Positions 10,857 to 22,227 of a stretch of DNA of 64,000 nucleotides are shown one piece after another. The stretch covers positions 90,520 to 154,519 of the forward strand of contig QQUE01000002.1 in the NCBI GenBank assembly GCA_008501765.1, read 5' to 3'. Below the pieces are notes generated by a model. It made no database searches. It worked only from the letters and a program-made list of their open reading frames with translations, and had not been told where the DNA came from. The position numbers and the translations under genes are program-made. The DNA comes from Calditrichota bacterium (GTDB lineage: Bacteria; Zhuqueibacterota; Zhuqueibacteria; Zhuqueibacterales; Geothermadaptataceae). Positions within the stretch are counted from its first letter, which is position 1. Each line of letters opens with the position of its first letter.

Positions 10857-12206
10857 TTACTTCATTCTCGCATACTTGGTTTTATATTTTTCATTCAGCC
10901 GCGTGTGCCGATTGCTCAATTGTACTTTTCGGCCACGAATAAATTCCCGCTCGACCTGCGTTCGTATTTCAAGGGGATCGCCATCCGTCACGATTAATGT
11001 GGCGTCTTTGCCAATTTCCAGCGAACCCACCCGGTCGGCGATGCCAAGAATCTGCGCCGGATATAGAGTTAACGATTTCAGCGCTTCTTCTTTTGGCAGG
11101 CCGAAAGCCGCAGCCATGGCAGCCTGGTAAGGCAAGTTACGCTCATGGGCCGCGTCGAATGGGCTGCCGGGTCCGGAAATACAAAACTTTACGCCAGCTC
11201 TGTGCAGCTCTAACGGCACGGTAAAAGGCGTGTCGTAAGGCTCCCAGCGCCGGGATGGCAAAGTCAATGTTCCCATATAAATGACCGGAATATTTTTTTC
11301 TTTGAGCAGCTCGGTGGCAAAACGCACATCCGGGCCTGTCATCAGAACAGCATAAACGTCTTCCGACACAGCCCAATCGACTGCAGCTTGAATTTCTTTC
11401 AGGCCGGAGACTCGCAGCAATACCGGGATTTCTTTGTTGAGTACGGGAGCCATCGCCTCCCACCGAATATCAGTTTGATGGTAGGGAACTTTTTCCCCGG
11501 CCTCTGCATCTTTCGCTTTCAGATAGGCGCGTGCCTGAGCGAATGCAGTACGAATTTTAAGAATATCCGCATCGCGTTTTTTCAGTAATTCTTTTTCCTT
11601 TTTGCTGCCAGCCGCACCGGGATTACTTCCCATATTTGGCCAATTAACATAGAGTCCAATGGGACCACGTAAAGTCAAATCTTCCCAGGTCCAGCCATCG
11701 AGCTCAATTACGGCGGAGGTGCCGCTAATCAGCCCGCCCATGGGAATTGTGTGCGCCAGCGTAATGCCGTTGGCTCGGGTCACCGGCAGCAATTCACTGT
11801 CCGGGTTGATCGCTGATTCCGCGCGAACATTGGGCTTTATTTCACCCACTTCAGCATAATCCCGGGTGCTGCGAACGGCGGCGACTTCCACAAGTCCGAG
11901 CCGCGTATTGGCAGCTATCAGCCCCGGATAAAGGTGTTTGCCGGCAACATCGATTTTTTCCGTGCTGTCCGGAAAAACAATACTGGCCCCGATGGCGGTA
12001 ATTTTTCCATCAACAAAAAGAAGCGTGCCATTTTCGATTGTTTCGCCGCTCACAGGATGAATCGTCCCACCCACCAAAGCAATCGGGTGTTTTTGTTTTT
12101 TGCCGGGAACTTCATCCGAGGCTACTAAATTATTCTGAAATATTAAACTCAAGCCTGAAACACACAGTAAAATCAGCATACATTTTATATTTGTAAATCG
12201 ATCCAT
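10857..12206 (-). CDS. Secreted amidohydrolase-family protein (HxH metal motif not conserved)
   Basis: The ATG at 12206 is preceded by GGAGG and followed by the signal peptide MDRFTNIKCMLILLCVSGLSLIF. The longer track ORF (to 12383) overlaps the upstream gene. PGLIAANTRLG replaces the usual PG(L/F)ID-H-H. Confidence 0.85.
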   Translation of the reverse strand: MDRFTNIKCMLILLCVSGLSLIFQNNLVASDEVPGKKQKHPIALVGGTIHPVSGETIENGTLLFVDGKITAIGASIVFPDSTEKIDVAGKHLYPGLIAANTRLGLVEVAAVRSTRDYAEVGEIKPNVRAESAINPDSELLPVTRANGITLAHTIPMGGLISGTSAVIELDGWTWEDLTLRGPIGLYVNWPNMGSNPGAAGSKKEKELLKKRDADILKIRTAFAQARAYLKAKDAEAGEKVPYHQTDIRWEAMAPVLNKEIPVLLRVSGLKEIQAAVDWAVSEDVYAVLMTGPDVRFATELLKEKNIPVIYMGTLTLPSRRWEPYDTPFTVPLELHRAGVKFCISGPGSPFDAAHERNLPYQAAMAAAFGLPKEEALKSLTLYPAQILGIADRVGSLEIGKDATLIVTDGDPLEIRTQVEREFIRGRKVQLSNRHTRLNEKYKTKYARMK

Positions 12207-12256
12207 TTTTCCTCCACTTCGAAGAATTACCAGCATAAAATTATCGGGGCGCCTCA

Positions 12257-15200
12257 TTAATTTTTCGCTTTCTCGATATCCGCAGCCAGGATTTTTTGGA
12301 TGAGCCGCGCTCTTTCCTTTTTCACTGCCGCTTGCATTTCGCGGTCTTTCGCAGTGTCGAAAAATTTCCGGCCTTCGATCCACGTTTGCTCACAATGACT
12401 CAACGTCGAAAGTGGATGCCCGCTCCAAACGGCAAAATCGCCATCTTTGCCTTTTTCGAGGGATCCCACTCTGTGCGCAATTCGCAACTGCCGTGCTGGA
12501 TTTATGGTTACGAAGTTCAATGCATCTGTTTCGGAAACGCCGCCATATTTCACAGCTTTTGCTGCCTCGAGATTCATACGGCGCGACAATTCATTGCTGT
12601 CAGAATTAAATGAAACGTTGACACCGGCGTTGTGCATGATGGCGCCGTTAAATGGAATTGCATCGATTACTTCAAATTTATAAGCCCACCAATCGCTGAA
12701 TGTTGAAGCACCGGCGCCGTGTTTCGCCATCGCCTCGGCTACTTTATAGCCTTCGAGCACATGTTGAAAAGTGCCGATGGTAAAACCAAAATATTCTGCT
12801 ACGCGGAGGAGCATCAGAATTTCATCCTGCCGGTACGAATGGCTGTGCACCAATCTCCGGCCATTCAAAATCTCCACCAAAGCATCCAATTCCAGATCAC
12901 GGCGTGGTGGAATCACACCAGGCTTTTTTATCAGTGCGTTGTAGGTTTTCCATTCGAGGTCATAATCCTGTGCGGCTTTGAATCGGTCAAAAATAAGTTG
13001 TTCCACACCCATTCTTGTTTGCGGATAGCGGGTCGTAAATTTATCGCCCCAGTTGCTTTGTTTCACATTTTCGCCAAGGGCAAATTTGATTCCCTCGATT
13101 GCATCCTTAATTCGCAAGCCATCTGCGTCGGATCCCCAGCGCAATTTGATCACTGAATTTTGGCCGCCAATCGGATTTGCGGAACCGTGCAATTGGTTGA
13201 TTACTGTCACACCGCCTGCGAGTTGACGATAAAATGCAATATCGTTGGGATTGATCACATCAGCAATTCTCACTTCCGCCGTCACAGCCTGAGTCCCTTC
13301 ATTGACGCCACCGCTGATCCCGGCATGGCTGTGTGCATCAATTAATCCGGGGGTGACATGCTTGCCCGTGGCGTCAATGACGTGCGCTCCCGCTGGCGTC
13401 TTCAGATTTTCGCCTATCCTGGAAATCTTGCCATCGATTATCAGCACATCCGCATTTTGCAGAATGCCTTGCGGCCCACTCGTCCAGATTGTGCCCTTTT
13501 TGATGTGGATTACCGCCATTTTCTCCGGGGTGGAGTGATAACTGTATGCATCAATCGGAATCTGCAAATTATTTTTGGGCGGTGAAGTGTTCGGTTTCTT
13601 TTCAACATTAACTGTGTCGGTATTCGATTCTGGCTGCCGACTGGCGGACCAGGCAAAACTCTGGCCATCGGGCAAGCTTCCCCGGCCGGCGAGCTTTCCA
13701 GGTTCAACCTTCCCGGACAGGCGAATTATTCCCTGATATCCCAGGCTATCCCCGGGCACCAGCATCATAAGTCGTTGATAATCGAGAACAACTTTTTTTA
13801 ACTTAATTTTCAGGCTGTCGTGGGTCAGTACACCAGTCACTTTTTTCTCACCGGACAGCTTCAATTTCATGGAATTGATTTTTTCAGGAAATGCGAATTC
13901 CACAGCCCAATTTCCGCGCACGTCAATTTCCGGTTTCCTGGAAATCTGGAAATGATTGCCATCAATCCAGGCTGACAGTATAGCAGTTTTTGTTTTAAAA
14001 ATATCTCCATCGGTGACGAGGAAATGTGCCAGTTTTCCTTCGTCAATTGAACCGAGTTTCTCATCCATTCCCAAAATTGTAGCAGGAACCATTGTCAATG
14101 CTGCAAGAGCTGCGTTTTGTGGCAGCCCGTGTTGGATAGTTTTAATCACGTTTTTCCGAAAATCTGCCGGATTTTTTAACTCAGCCGAAGTAAATGCAAA
14201 AGGAATTCCGGCTTTGTGTAAATGATAGGCATTGGCCGGTGCCGCATCCCAGTGGTTTAACTGCTGCTGACTCACTTTTATCGCATCCTCCGGAGACTCG
14301 ACGGGTGGTGGCTCGGGAAAATTGAGTGGAATGATAATCGAAACCTGCGTGTTTTTTAGCCGGGATATTTGGCGATATTCGTGCCCGCTGCCAATGAGCC
14401 ATGCGGAAAGGCCAAATTCTTTTATAATTTTTAACGACCGGAGCGTGTTCAGATCATCGTCACTTTTAAAGGTAAATGCGTGCTTCTTCTGCAGCGCAGA
14501 TGCCAGGATTTTTAGCGATAAATTGATCTCCGGTCTTTTTTGGACACCCGGGCTTTCAGCGTAAGCCGCATGGGCTTTGCCGTACCAGTTTGCATCGAGA
14601 AAAGTTTGCCGGATTAATGCAATTACCCCCATTTGTGAATTGGGATAAGAGCGAACTTTGGTTTGTGGCCTTTTAAATAATATGTGCTGTGCCACTTCCG
14701 TTTGAAGAACAGATTGCTTCGCTGAACGGCCGTCCAAACTCAACAAAGCGCTGGAACCACAAAAAACTCCATCCACCGGCACAACTACCACGGAGGTAAA
14801 TCCAAGGCCGCGCAATTTCTCTACATCTTTTGTCTCTATTTTTAAGGATTTCAGGGCATTGTTTTCCGGAGTCACAAATTGGTTCCAATGCACGGAATCA
14901 TTTCCCTGTTTCACAGCATCTTTTTGCAAGCCTGCTTGCGAATACGATTCAATAAAGCCAGGGTAAAGTGTCAAACCCGAATAGTCCCAAATTCGGGCAT
15001 CGGCAGGCAGTTCAACTTTCGAGCCGACAGCTTCGATAATTCCATCGCGTAATACAACCACTCCTTTTTCTATTATGCGATCGGGCCCCTGAACAATGCG
15101 CCCATTGATAAGTGCATGAATCTGTGGGGTATTGTCACGAATCCCCTCAACCGGGCGCACCTGACCTGAACCCGGCACAGGAAATAAAAACAACAAAAGC

Positions 15201-15364
15201 AATACGATCAGCACGCTCTGAACTCTGCCGAGACTGTTGAATATTCTCAAAATTTGGACCCTGAGCTTGTCGAATGGCCCAAATTTGGGGGTAACGCTGG
15301 ACGCTTCGACAAGCTCAGCGACCGGTTTCCATGCTTTTTCGACAGCCGCGCTAGGAATTCCCAT
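12257..15364 (-). CDS. Large two-module secreted amidohydrolase-family protein
   Basis: The C-terminal module has the canonical TPGLIDAHSHAG. The N-terminal module has PGFIESYSQAG. Start ATG 15364 (MGIPS...) has AAGGAA upstream. An alternative TTG at 15250 would give a classic signal peptide MRIFNSLGRVQSVLIVLLLLFLF. Confidence 0.85.
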   Translation of the reverse strand: MGIPSAAVEKAWKPVAELVEASSVTPKFGPFDKLRVQILRIFNSLGRVQSVLIVLLLLFLFPVPGSGQVRPVEGIRDNTPQIHALINGRIVQGPDRIIEKGVVVLRDGIIEAVGSKVELPADARIWDYSGLTLYPGFIESYSQAGLQKDAVKQGNDSVHWNQFVTPENNALKSLKIETKDVEKLRGLGFTSVVVVPVDGVFCGSSALLSLDGRSAKQSVLQTEVAQHILFKRPQTKVRSYPNSQMGVIALIRQTFLDANWYGKAHAAYAESPGVQKRPEINLSLKILASALQKKHAFTFKSDDDLNTLRSLKIIKEFGLSAWLIGSGHEYRQISRLKNTQVSIIIPLNFPEPPPVESPEDAIKVSQQQLNHWDAAPANAYHLHKAGIPFAFTSAELKNPADFRKNVIKTIQHGLPQNAALAALTMVPATILGMDEKLGSIDEGKLAHFLVTDGDIFKTKTAILSAWIDGNHFQISRKPEIDVRGNWAVEFAFPEKINSMKLKLSGEKKVTGVLTHDSLKIKLKKVVLDYQRLMMLVPGDSLGYQGIIRLSGKVEPGKLAGRGSLPDGQSFAWSASRQPESNTDTVNVEKKPNTSPPKNNLQIPIDAYSYHSTPEKMAVIHIKKGTIWTSGPQGILQNADVLIIDGKISRIGENLKTPAGAHVIDATGKHVTPGLIDAHSHAGISGGVNEGTQAVTAEVRIADVINPNDIAFYRQLAGGVTVINQLHGSANPIGGQNSVIKLRWGSDADGLRIKDAIEGIKFALGENVKQSNWGDKFTTRYPQTRMGVEQLIFDRFKAAQDYDLEWKTYNALIKKPGVIPPRRDLELDALVEILNGRRLVHSHSYRQDEILMLLRVAEYFGFTIGTFQHVLEGYKVAEAMAKHGAGASTFSDWWAYKFEVIDAIPFNGAIMHNAGVNVSFNSDSNELSRRMNLEAAKAVKYGGVSETDALNFVTINPARQLRIAHRVGSLEKGKDGDFAVWSGHPLSTLSHCEQTWIEGRKFFDTAKDREMQAAVKKERARLIQKILAADIEKAKN

Positions 15365-15739
15365 TTTAGTTTCCTTTTTTTTCAAATGAAATGGTGGTCT
15401 GTCAAGTCTTAATTTGGAGTGCATTGCCTTTATGCAATGCACAGCAATCCATGAAGGGATTGCACTCCGAGCGTACCGAATTGGATTAAAGGCACTGTGT
15501 AATAAAGATTTTCAAAACGGATAGCCTAGCCATCCACAGGTTTAGACTTGACAAAACACTCGTTGGTATTTCATCTCCGAGATATGAAATTTACAAACGA
15601 TTTTGCATAAAACTTCCAACCCAATTTATTAAGAATGAAATATTTTAGGCTAAGAAAAACAATACCGGGAATCAATTTATGTTTGCCGATAGCTAATTCG
15701 TATCAAGCAAATGAAGAGTTGCAGTGTGGCAGGCAGAGC

Positions 15740-15781
15740 AAATGAAAGGCTGGAATATCTTTTCGCAGCAGCCTTTCATTT
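15740..15781 (-). terminator. Strong hairpin immediately downstream of purA
   Basis: 13-bp perfect stem AAATGAAAGGCTG (15740-15752) / CAGCCTTTCATTT (15769-15781), 13 nt after the purA stop. There is no clear U-tract on the minus strand. Confidence 0.5.
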
Positions 15782-15794
15782 AATTATACAAAAT

Positions 15795-17078
<1,284 letters not shown>

Positions 17079-17110
17079 TTATCCTTTCAATGACATCTGT
17101 TGAAAATCAC

Positions 17111-17152
17111 AAAAAAAAACTCCGAAGTCAGGATGCCCTGCACTTCGGAGTT
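17111..17152 (-). terminator. Rho-independent terminator after the STAS gene
   Basis: The minus strand reads AACTCCGAAGTGCAGGGCATCCTGACTTCGGAGTT followed by TTTTTTTT. Confidence 0.85.
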
Positions 17153-17178
17153 AAATCGGCATAAAAACTGACCTGGTA

Positions 17179-17520
17179 CTATTTATTGTAAGCCTGAACG
17201 GCTTCGTCGAGTGTGTCGAATGTTTCAAATACGGTAAGAAGTTTGGTAATCATCAGTAAACTCTGGATGCGTTCTGTTGCACGGGCCAATTTAATATCGC
17301 CATTTTTATTGCGCATCGTCGTCAGGCCACCAATGAGAATTCCAAGGCCGGAACTGTTCATCCAGTTTACTTTACCAAGGTCGGCAACAACATTTGCTTT
17401 GCCCTGATCAATCAATTCATGAAGTTTATCATTGAGCAAAGTTGCATCCGGGCCGCCCATAATTTTACCTGAGAGTTCCAATACCACAACATTCTCAACC
17501 ATCTTTTCTTTAAGTTTCAT
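17179..17520 (-). CDS. STAS-domain anti-sigma-factor antagonist (SpoIIAA/RsbV-like)
   Basis: 113 aa. The phosphorylatable-serine motif MNSSGLGILIG corresponds to DSSGLG of SpoIIAA. Confidence 0.85.
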   Translation of the reverse strand: MKLKEKMVENVVVLELSGKIMGGPDATLLNDKLHELIDQGKANVVADLGKVNWMNSSGLGILIGGLTTMRNKNGDIKLARATERIQSLLMITKLLTVFETFDTLDEAVQAYNK

Positions 17521-17562
17521 TCTATCCTCCTGGTACTGATCAAAAAGGCTTTTGATTTGTTT

Positions 17563-18486
17563 TTATTTTCTACTTTTTCTTGCAGACTTTGCAGCAGCCT
17601 GTGCCTGCCTGTATCCCCATTCAGCGACAACCGGTGTAGCGATAAAAACTGAGGAGTACGTTCCTACTACGACACCAACAAGTAAGGCAAATGAGAAATT
17701 ATGTAAAACTTCGCCGCCATTTGTGTAAAGGACGAGCACAACAACAAATGTTGTTAGTGAAGTGATAACTGTACGGCTGAGAGATTGATTGATACTTACA
17801 TTTATAACTGTAAAAAAATCATCTCTTCGGCGTGATTTTAAATTTTCCCGGATACGGTCAAAAACAACGATTGTGTCATTTAAGGAGTAACCAACGATCG
17901 TAAAAAATGCAGCCAAAACCGAAAGGCTTATCTCAAGCCCAAGTACTGAAAAAACGCCCAGTGTAAAAAGCACATCATGGAACAAAGCAACGATAGCCCC
18001 AATGCCAAATACGAATTCAAATCGCAGCCACACATAAATTAGAATTAGCAACAGTGCGAAAAAGACTGCTAAAATACTTTGTGTCCGCAATTCGCTCCCG
18101 ATTTTTGGCCCGACTGCATCGACGCTCAATAAAGTAGGTGTGTTCTGAGGAAATTCTGTCGTCAACGTCGAGAGAATTGCGTCAGATACTTCGGAACTTT
18201 CTTGTTGCTTTTCCACGCGAATGAGCACATCGCGCTCGTTGCCAAAATTTTTAATCTCGGCCGTGCCATACCCAACCTGATTGAGGGCATCGCGAATTTT
18301 ATTAATCTTAATTTCGGAATTAAACCGCACGTGAATCTCTGTACCACCCAGGAAATCGATACTATAATCCGGGCCACCTTTGGCAATCATCGTTACAAAT
18401 CCAGCCAAAATCAAGAACCCGGAAATGATTAAGGCAATTTTTCTTTTTGCCAAAAAATCTATGTTTGTCTTTTTGATAAACTGCAT
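17563..18486 (-). CDS. secF: Protein translocase subunit SecF
   Basis: FLGGTEI..., six TM helices, YSLNDTIVVFDRIREN motif; immediately downstream of secD. Confidence 0.95.
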   Translation of the reverse strand: MQFIKKTNIDFLAKRKIALIISGFLILAGFVTMIAKGGPDYSIDFLGGTEIHVRFNSEIKINKIRDALNQVGYGTAEIKNFGNERDVLIRVEKQQESSEVSDAILSTLTTEFPQNTPTLLSVDAVGPKIGSELRTQSILAVFFALLLILIYVWLRFEFVFGIGAIVALFHDVLFTLGVFSVLGLEISLSVLAAFFTIVGYSLNDTIVVFDRIRENLKSRRRDDFFTVINVSINQSLSRTVITSLTTFVVVLVLYTNGGEVLHNFSFALLVGVVVGTYSSVFIATPVVAEWGYRQAQAAAKSARKSRK

Positions 18487-18540
18487 TGGTTAACCTGTCT
18501 CCAAATCGTCATTTATAAAAAATAAATCGTATAACTTCTA

Positions 18541-20595
18541 TTATATACTAAGTTTACTCAAACTGCGTTTACCATTAATCGTATCGTAAATTAAGTGGGT
18601 AACCACAATTGCTGTAAACATACTTGCCAAAATACCGATTGAAAGGGTGACCGCAAATCCACGGATGGGGCCGGTACCGAATTGATAAAGGACGAGCGCC
18701 GTTAAAAATGTCGTGATATTGGCGTCGAAAATAGTCCAGAATGCACGATCATATCCAGCATCAATCGCTGCGCGTACAGTTTTTCCAGTCGCTAATTCTT
18801 CACGTATTCTTTCGAAAATCAAAACGTTGGCGTCGACAGCCATACCCATTGTCAAAATGATTCCGGCAATTCCCGGCAGCGTCAGTGTTGCGTGAAAAAA
18901 TGCCAGTGCTGCAAGAATGAGGACGAGATTTAATATGAGGGCCACGTCAGCTATCAGACCGGAAAGTTTATAGTAAACGATCATAAAAAGAATGACCAAT
19001 GCAATGCCGATACCCAGGGATAACTGGCCGGCGTTGACTGAATCCTGACCTAAAGATGGTCCAACCGTCCGTTCTTCGATAACATGGATTGGCGCAGGGA
19101 GAGCACCGGCACGCAGCACGATGGCCAAATCTTTGGCTTCTTCCATGGTGAACGAGCCTTCGATTTGTGCGCTGCCCCCGGGAATTTTACCAGAGATATT
19201 GGGTGCAGAAGCAACTTTTCCATCGAGTACAATCGCCAATTGTTTGTTTACATTGGCTCCGGTCGCCACCGCGAAAATACGGGCTCCTTCAGAGTTAAAC
19301 TTCAAATTAACCTGGGGTTGCCCCTGGTTAAAACTTTGTGCTCCGGAGGCGATAGAAACATCGGCTTCTTCCAAATATTTTCCGGTTATTTCGGCTTCCT
19401 TTTTCAGGAAGTACATCTCATAATATTCCTGCTCTTCGAACACCTGCGGTTCATTAGAAAAATGAACCTGTGCATTTGCCGGTATGATTTTTAAGACTTC
19501 AGGACTGTTGACGATGCGCTTGACTGCTTGCAGATTTTTCGCAGGCAATCCAATTGAATTTCGAGATCCGGGAAAACTTGTTAACAGGGCGAGAAATGGG
19601 CTGTCTTTCGCCAATTGTTCATCAACCAAAATGGTCGAATCCCCTTCAGACTCATCACCAATTGTTGTTCCCTCACCAAAAAGGCTCTCAACACTTACTT
19701 CTGTATCCTTGCGTTTCGAAGGCCGTGTTGCTGTCGAGTCATTTGTCGCTGTGAGTTCAGCGACAGCATCAGAGCGGCTCAATTTCTTTTTAAGGGCCTT
19801 GTCAATATCCTGTAAAATAGCCATATTAACATCCGGGTCTTTTACAAGCTTGAATTCCAGCAAAGCTGTTTTACCAATAATTTCTTTAGCGCGCTGGACG
19901 TCTTTTATCCCAGCCAGTTCGATAATAATCCGGTTATCACCCTGTTTGGTGATCGAGGGCTCGGAAACACCGAATTGATCCACGCGGTTACGAAGGACTT
20001 CGAGTGTGCGATTTACGGCGTCAGCAGCTTGTTCTTTTAATTTATCTACAATTTCTTCGTCCTTCTGAATTCTTTGGCCAAAATAGAGACTCATCCGGAT
20101 GCCGGCATCGTTAAATGCCTGGGAAAATGTATTGAAATAATCACTTTCCGAGGCTCCACTCTCGAGTTCGATTTTCGCCAATAATGAATCCAGGCGGCTG
20201 TCACGTTTCTTCGCGACATTGAGCACAAGCTGAGGGAGATTAACTTCATAGACCAGGTACGTTCCACCAAGCAAATCCAGGCCCTGTTTAATGGCGTCAT
20301 TTTCCAGCTTTACGATTCCATCATGCAACAAGGCGGCTTTTTCTGCCAGAGCATAGGCCTCTGTTAATTTTGTATCATCTTGAATTGCATCTTCGAGCCG
20401 TGCCGGCAGATCGCCAGCATTCAATCCAGCCTGAATTTCATCGGCATCCAAATTGCTCAACGCTTGCAACTGTTCAGTGTAAGTTTTGGCTTCTTTTTGT
20501 AGTTGTGAAACTTTCATTGTTGGATACAACTGGGCGAGCGACCAAATTATGACAATTCCAACGATGATACTTCGAAACAGATTATTCCTTCGCAT
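18541..20595 (-). CDS. secD: Protein translocase subunit SecD (long periplasmic domain)
   Basis: GLDLLGGTYLVYEV, PSLGQDSV, GIAGIILTMGMAVDANVLIFERIREE. At 684 aa it has an extended, partly S/T/D-rich periplasmic insert. Confidence 0.95.
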   Translation of the reverse strand: MRRNNLFRSIIVGIVIIWSLAQLYPTMKVSQLQKEAKTYTEQLQALSNLDADEIQAGLNAGDLPARLEDAIQDDTKLTEAYALAEKAALLHDGIVKLENDAIKQGLDLLGGTYLVYEVNLPQLVLNVAKKRDSRLDSLLAKIELESGASESDYFNTFSQAFNDAGIRMSLYFGQRIQKDEEIVDKLKEQAADAVNRTLEVLRNRVDQFGVSEPSITKQGDNRIIIELAGIKDVQRAKEIIGKTALLEFKLVKDPDVNMAILQDIDKALKKKLSRSDAVAELTATNDSTATRPSKRKDTEVSVESLFGEGTTIGDESEGDSTILVDEQLAKDSPFLALLTSFPGSRNSIGLPAKNLQAVKRIVNSPEVLKIIPANAQVHFSNEPQVFEEQEYYEMYFLKKEAEITGKYLEEADVSIASGAQSFNQGQPQVNLKFNSEGARIFAVATGANVNKQLAIVLDGKVASAPNISGKIPGGSAQIEGSFTMEEAKDLAIVLRAGALPAPIHVIEERTVGPSLGQDSVNAGQLSLGIGIALVILFMIVYYKLSGLIADVALILNLVLILAALAFFHATLTLPGIAGIILTMGMAVDANVLIFERIREELATGKTVRAAIDAGYDRAFWTIFDANITTFLTALVLYQFGTGPIRGFAVTLSIGILASMFTAIVVTHLIYDTINGKRSLSKLSI

Positions 20596-20892
20596 TCCAA
20601 ATTTCCCTAAATCTTTAGTTTTAGATTCAAATAAGCAGCCCGTAATATATGCCTTTGAAGATTAAAAGTCAAGATTTAACAAAGGCAAAATTAATATTCT
20701 ACAATCAATCATTTGCACTTGTTTTTTAATGACTTAAATCATATAAAAAAATTAACAATCAGAGAGATATGTTTTCCATCTGTCCCATCTACAGACAATG
20801 ATCAGAATTTATTTGGGGAACGACCACCCTGTTTTTATGCATTCACCTTGAGAGTTGACAACGCACATTTAGTCTAAAAATCGAGTCATAAT

Positions 20893-20927
20893 AAAAAAGC
20901 GGCGAGACATCGGGATGCCTGCCGCTT
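20893..20927 (-). terminator. Rho-independent terminator after gdhA
   Basis: The minus strand reads AGCGGCAGGCATCCCGATGTCTCGCCGCT followed by TTTTTTATT. Confidence 0.7.
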
Positions 20928-20946
20928 CGTATAACATTTTTCAAAA

Positions 20947-22227
20947 TTAACCGTAAATTCCGCGCAACTTTAGCGCGTTTGCCACTCTTTCGATGGCAAG
21001 CACATAAGCGCCAATTCGCAGATTTACTTCATGGCGTTCAGAGCGTTTCCGGACAGCCGCATAGGCCTCCGTCAAAATTCGCTGCAAGCGTTCATTGACA
21101 TCATCTTTGGTCCAGAAATAGCCTATTCTGTTCTGTACCCACTCAAAGTAAGAGACGGAAACACCACCGGCATTTGCCAGAATATCAGGTACGACCAAAA
21201 TACCTTTTTCGTCGAGAATAGCATCAGCTTTAGCAGTCGTCGGGCCATTGGCGCCTTCGACGATAATTTTGGCCTTTATTTGGTCGGCATTTTTACCGTT
21301 TATCACATTTTCCAAAGCACAGGGAGCGAGCACATCACAATCCAGTTCCAAAAGCTCTGCATTGGTGATAATTTCAGCGCCAGAAAAATCGGTTAGAAGT
21401 CCATCATTGTCTTTTTGATGCTGAATAGCTTTGGCTATATCGATTCCATCTTCGTTGTGGTAAGCGCCGGTCACATCGCTAATAGCGATAACTTTTGCTC
21501 CAATTTCGACAAATTCACTCGCAGCCACAGCGCCAACATTACCAAATCCCTGAATCGCGATTCGGGCGCCTACAGGATTCAGGCCGATTTGTTCCATCGC
21601 TGCTTCAGTTACGATGCGAACCCCGCGGCCAGTCGCTTCGCGGCGCCCGGCAGAACCACCCAGATTTGCAGGTTTACCAGTTACGACAGCACTTTCTGTG
21701 TGGCGGATATGCATGCTGTAAGTGTCCATAATCCAGCCCATAATTTGCTCGTCGGTATTCACGTCCGGGGCAGGAATATCACGCTCCGGGCCAAAAACAT
21801 CGAGCAGGTTGCCTGTATAGCGGCGCGTGATTTTTTCGAGTTCTACTTTTGTCAATTTTCGGGGATCGCAAATAACACCGCCCTTGGCGCCGCCAAATGG
21901 AATATTCACGACCGCACATTTCCACGTCATCCAGGCAGCGAGGGCTTTCACTTCCTGAATATTTACATCCGGGTGGAAACGAATACCGCCTTTGGAAGGA
22001 CCGCGAACGGAACTGTGAATAACGCGCAATCCTTCAAAAACTTTAATTGTGCCATCATCCAGTTTAATCGGGATTGACACAGTGACCTGCATTTGAGGCG
22101 TTTTCAGGTAATCGAATGTACCTGAATCGAGGCCAAGAATATCGGCTGCTATCTCAAAGCGCGACATCATGGACTCAAATGGATCATCGTCGTTTCTATT
22201 TATCGGGGCTGGTTCAACGTAATTCAT
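20947..22227 (-). CDS. gdhA: Glutamate dehydrogenase (Glu/Leu/Phe/Val dehydrogenase family)
   Basis: KGGIRFHP, PFGGAKGG catalytic-lysine region, GFGNVG Rossmann motif. Confidence 0.95.
   Translation of the reverse strand: MNYVEPAPINRNDDDPFESMMSRFEIAADILGLDSGTFDYLKTPQMQVTVSIPIKLDDGTIKVFEGLRVIHSSVRGPSKGGIRFHPDVNIQEVKALAAWMTWKCAVVNIPFGGAKGGVICDPRKLTKVELEKITRRYTGNLLDVFGPERDIPAPDVNTDEQIMGWIMDTYSMHIRHTESAVVTGKPANLGGSAGRREATGRGVRIVTEAAMEQIGLNPVGARIAIQGFGNVGAVAASEFVEIGAKVIAISDVTGAYHNEDGIDIAKAIQHQKDNDGLLTDFSGAEIITNAELLELDCDVLAPCALENVINGKNADQIKAKIIVEGANGPTTAKADAILDEKGILVVPDILANAGGVSVSYFEWVQNRIGYFWTKDDVNERLQRILTEAYAAVRKRSERHEVNLRIGAYVLAIERVANALKLRGIYG

Noticed and set aside
12207-12383. 5' extensions of track ORFs: 10857-12383, 12257-15442, 29255-29344, 61247-61270, 61560-61622, 42875-42898 and 44127-44150.
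   Set aside because: The extensions overlap the upstream gene, or begin at TTG/GTG without an RBS. Downstream ATGs have Shine-Dalgarno matches and give proper signal peptides or canonical N-termini.
21415-22077. A 220-aa plus-strand ORF inside gdhA. Similar long antisense ORFs occur at 19484-19978, 32759-33247, 36014-36553, 39648-40157, 56134-56643 and 59735-60214.
   Set aside because: All lie antisense to genes with unambiguous family motifs. They have no start context and have arginine/serine-rich or otherwise odd composition, so they are typical stop-free shadow frames.
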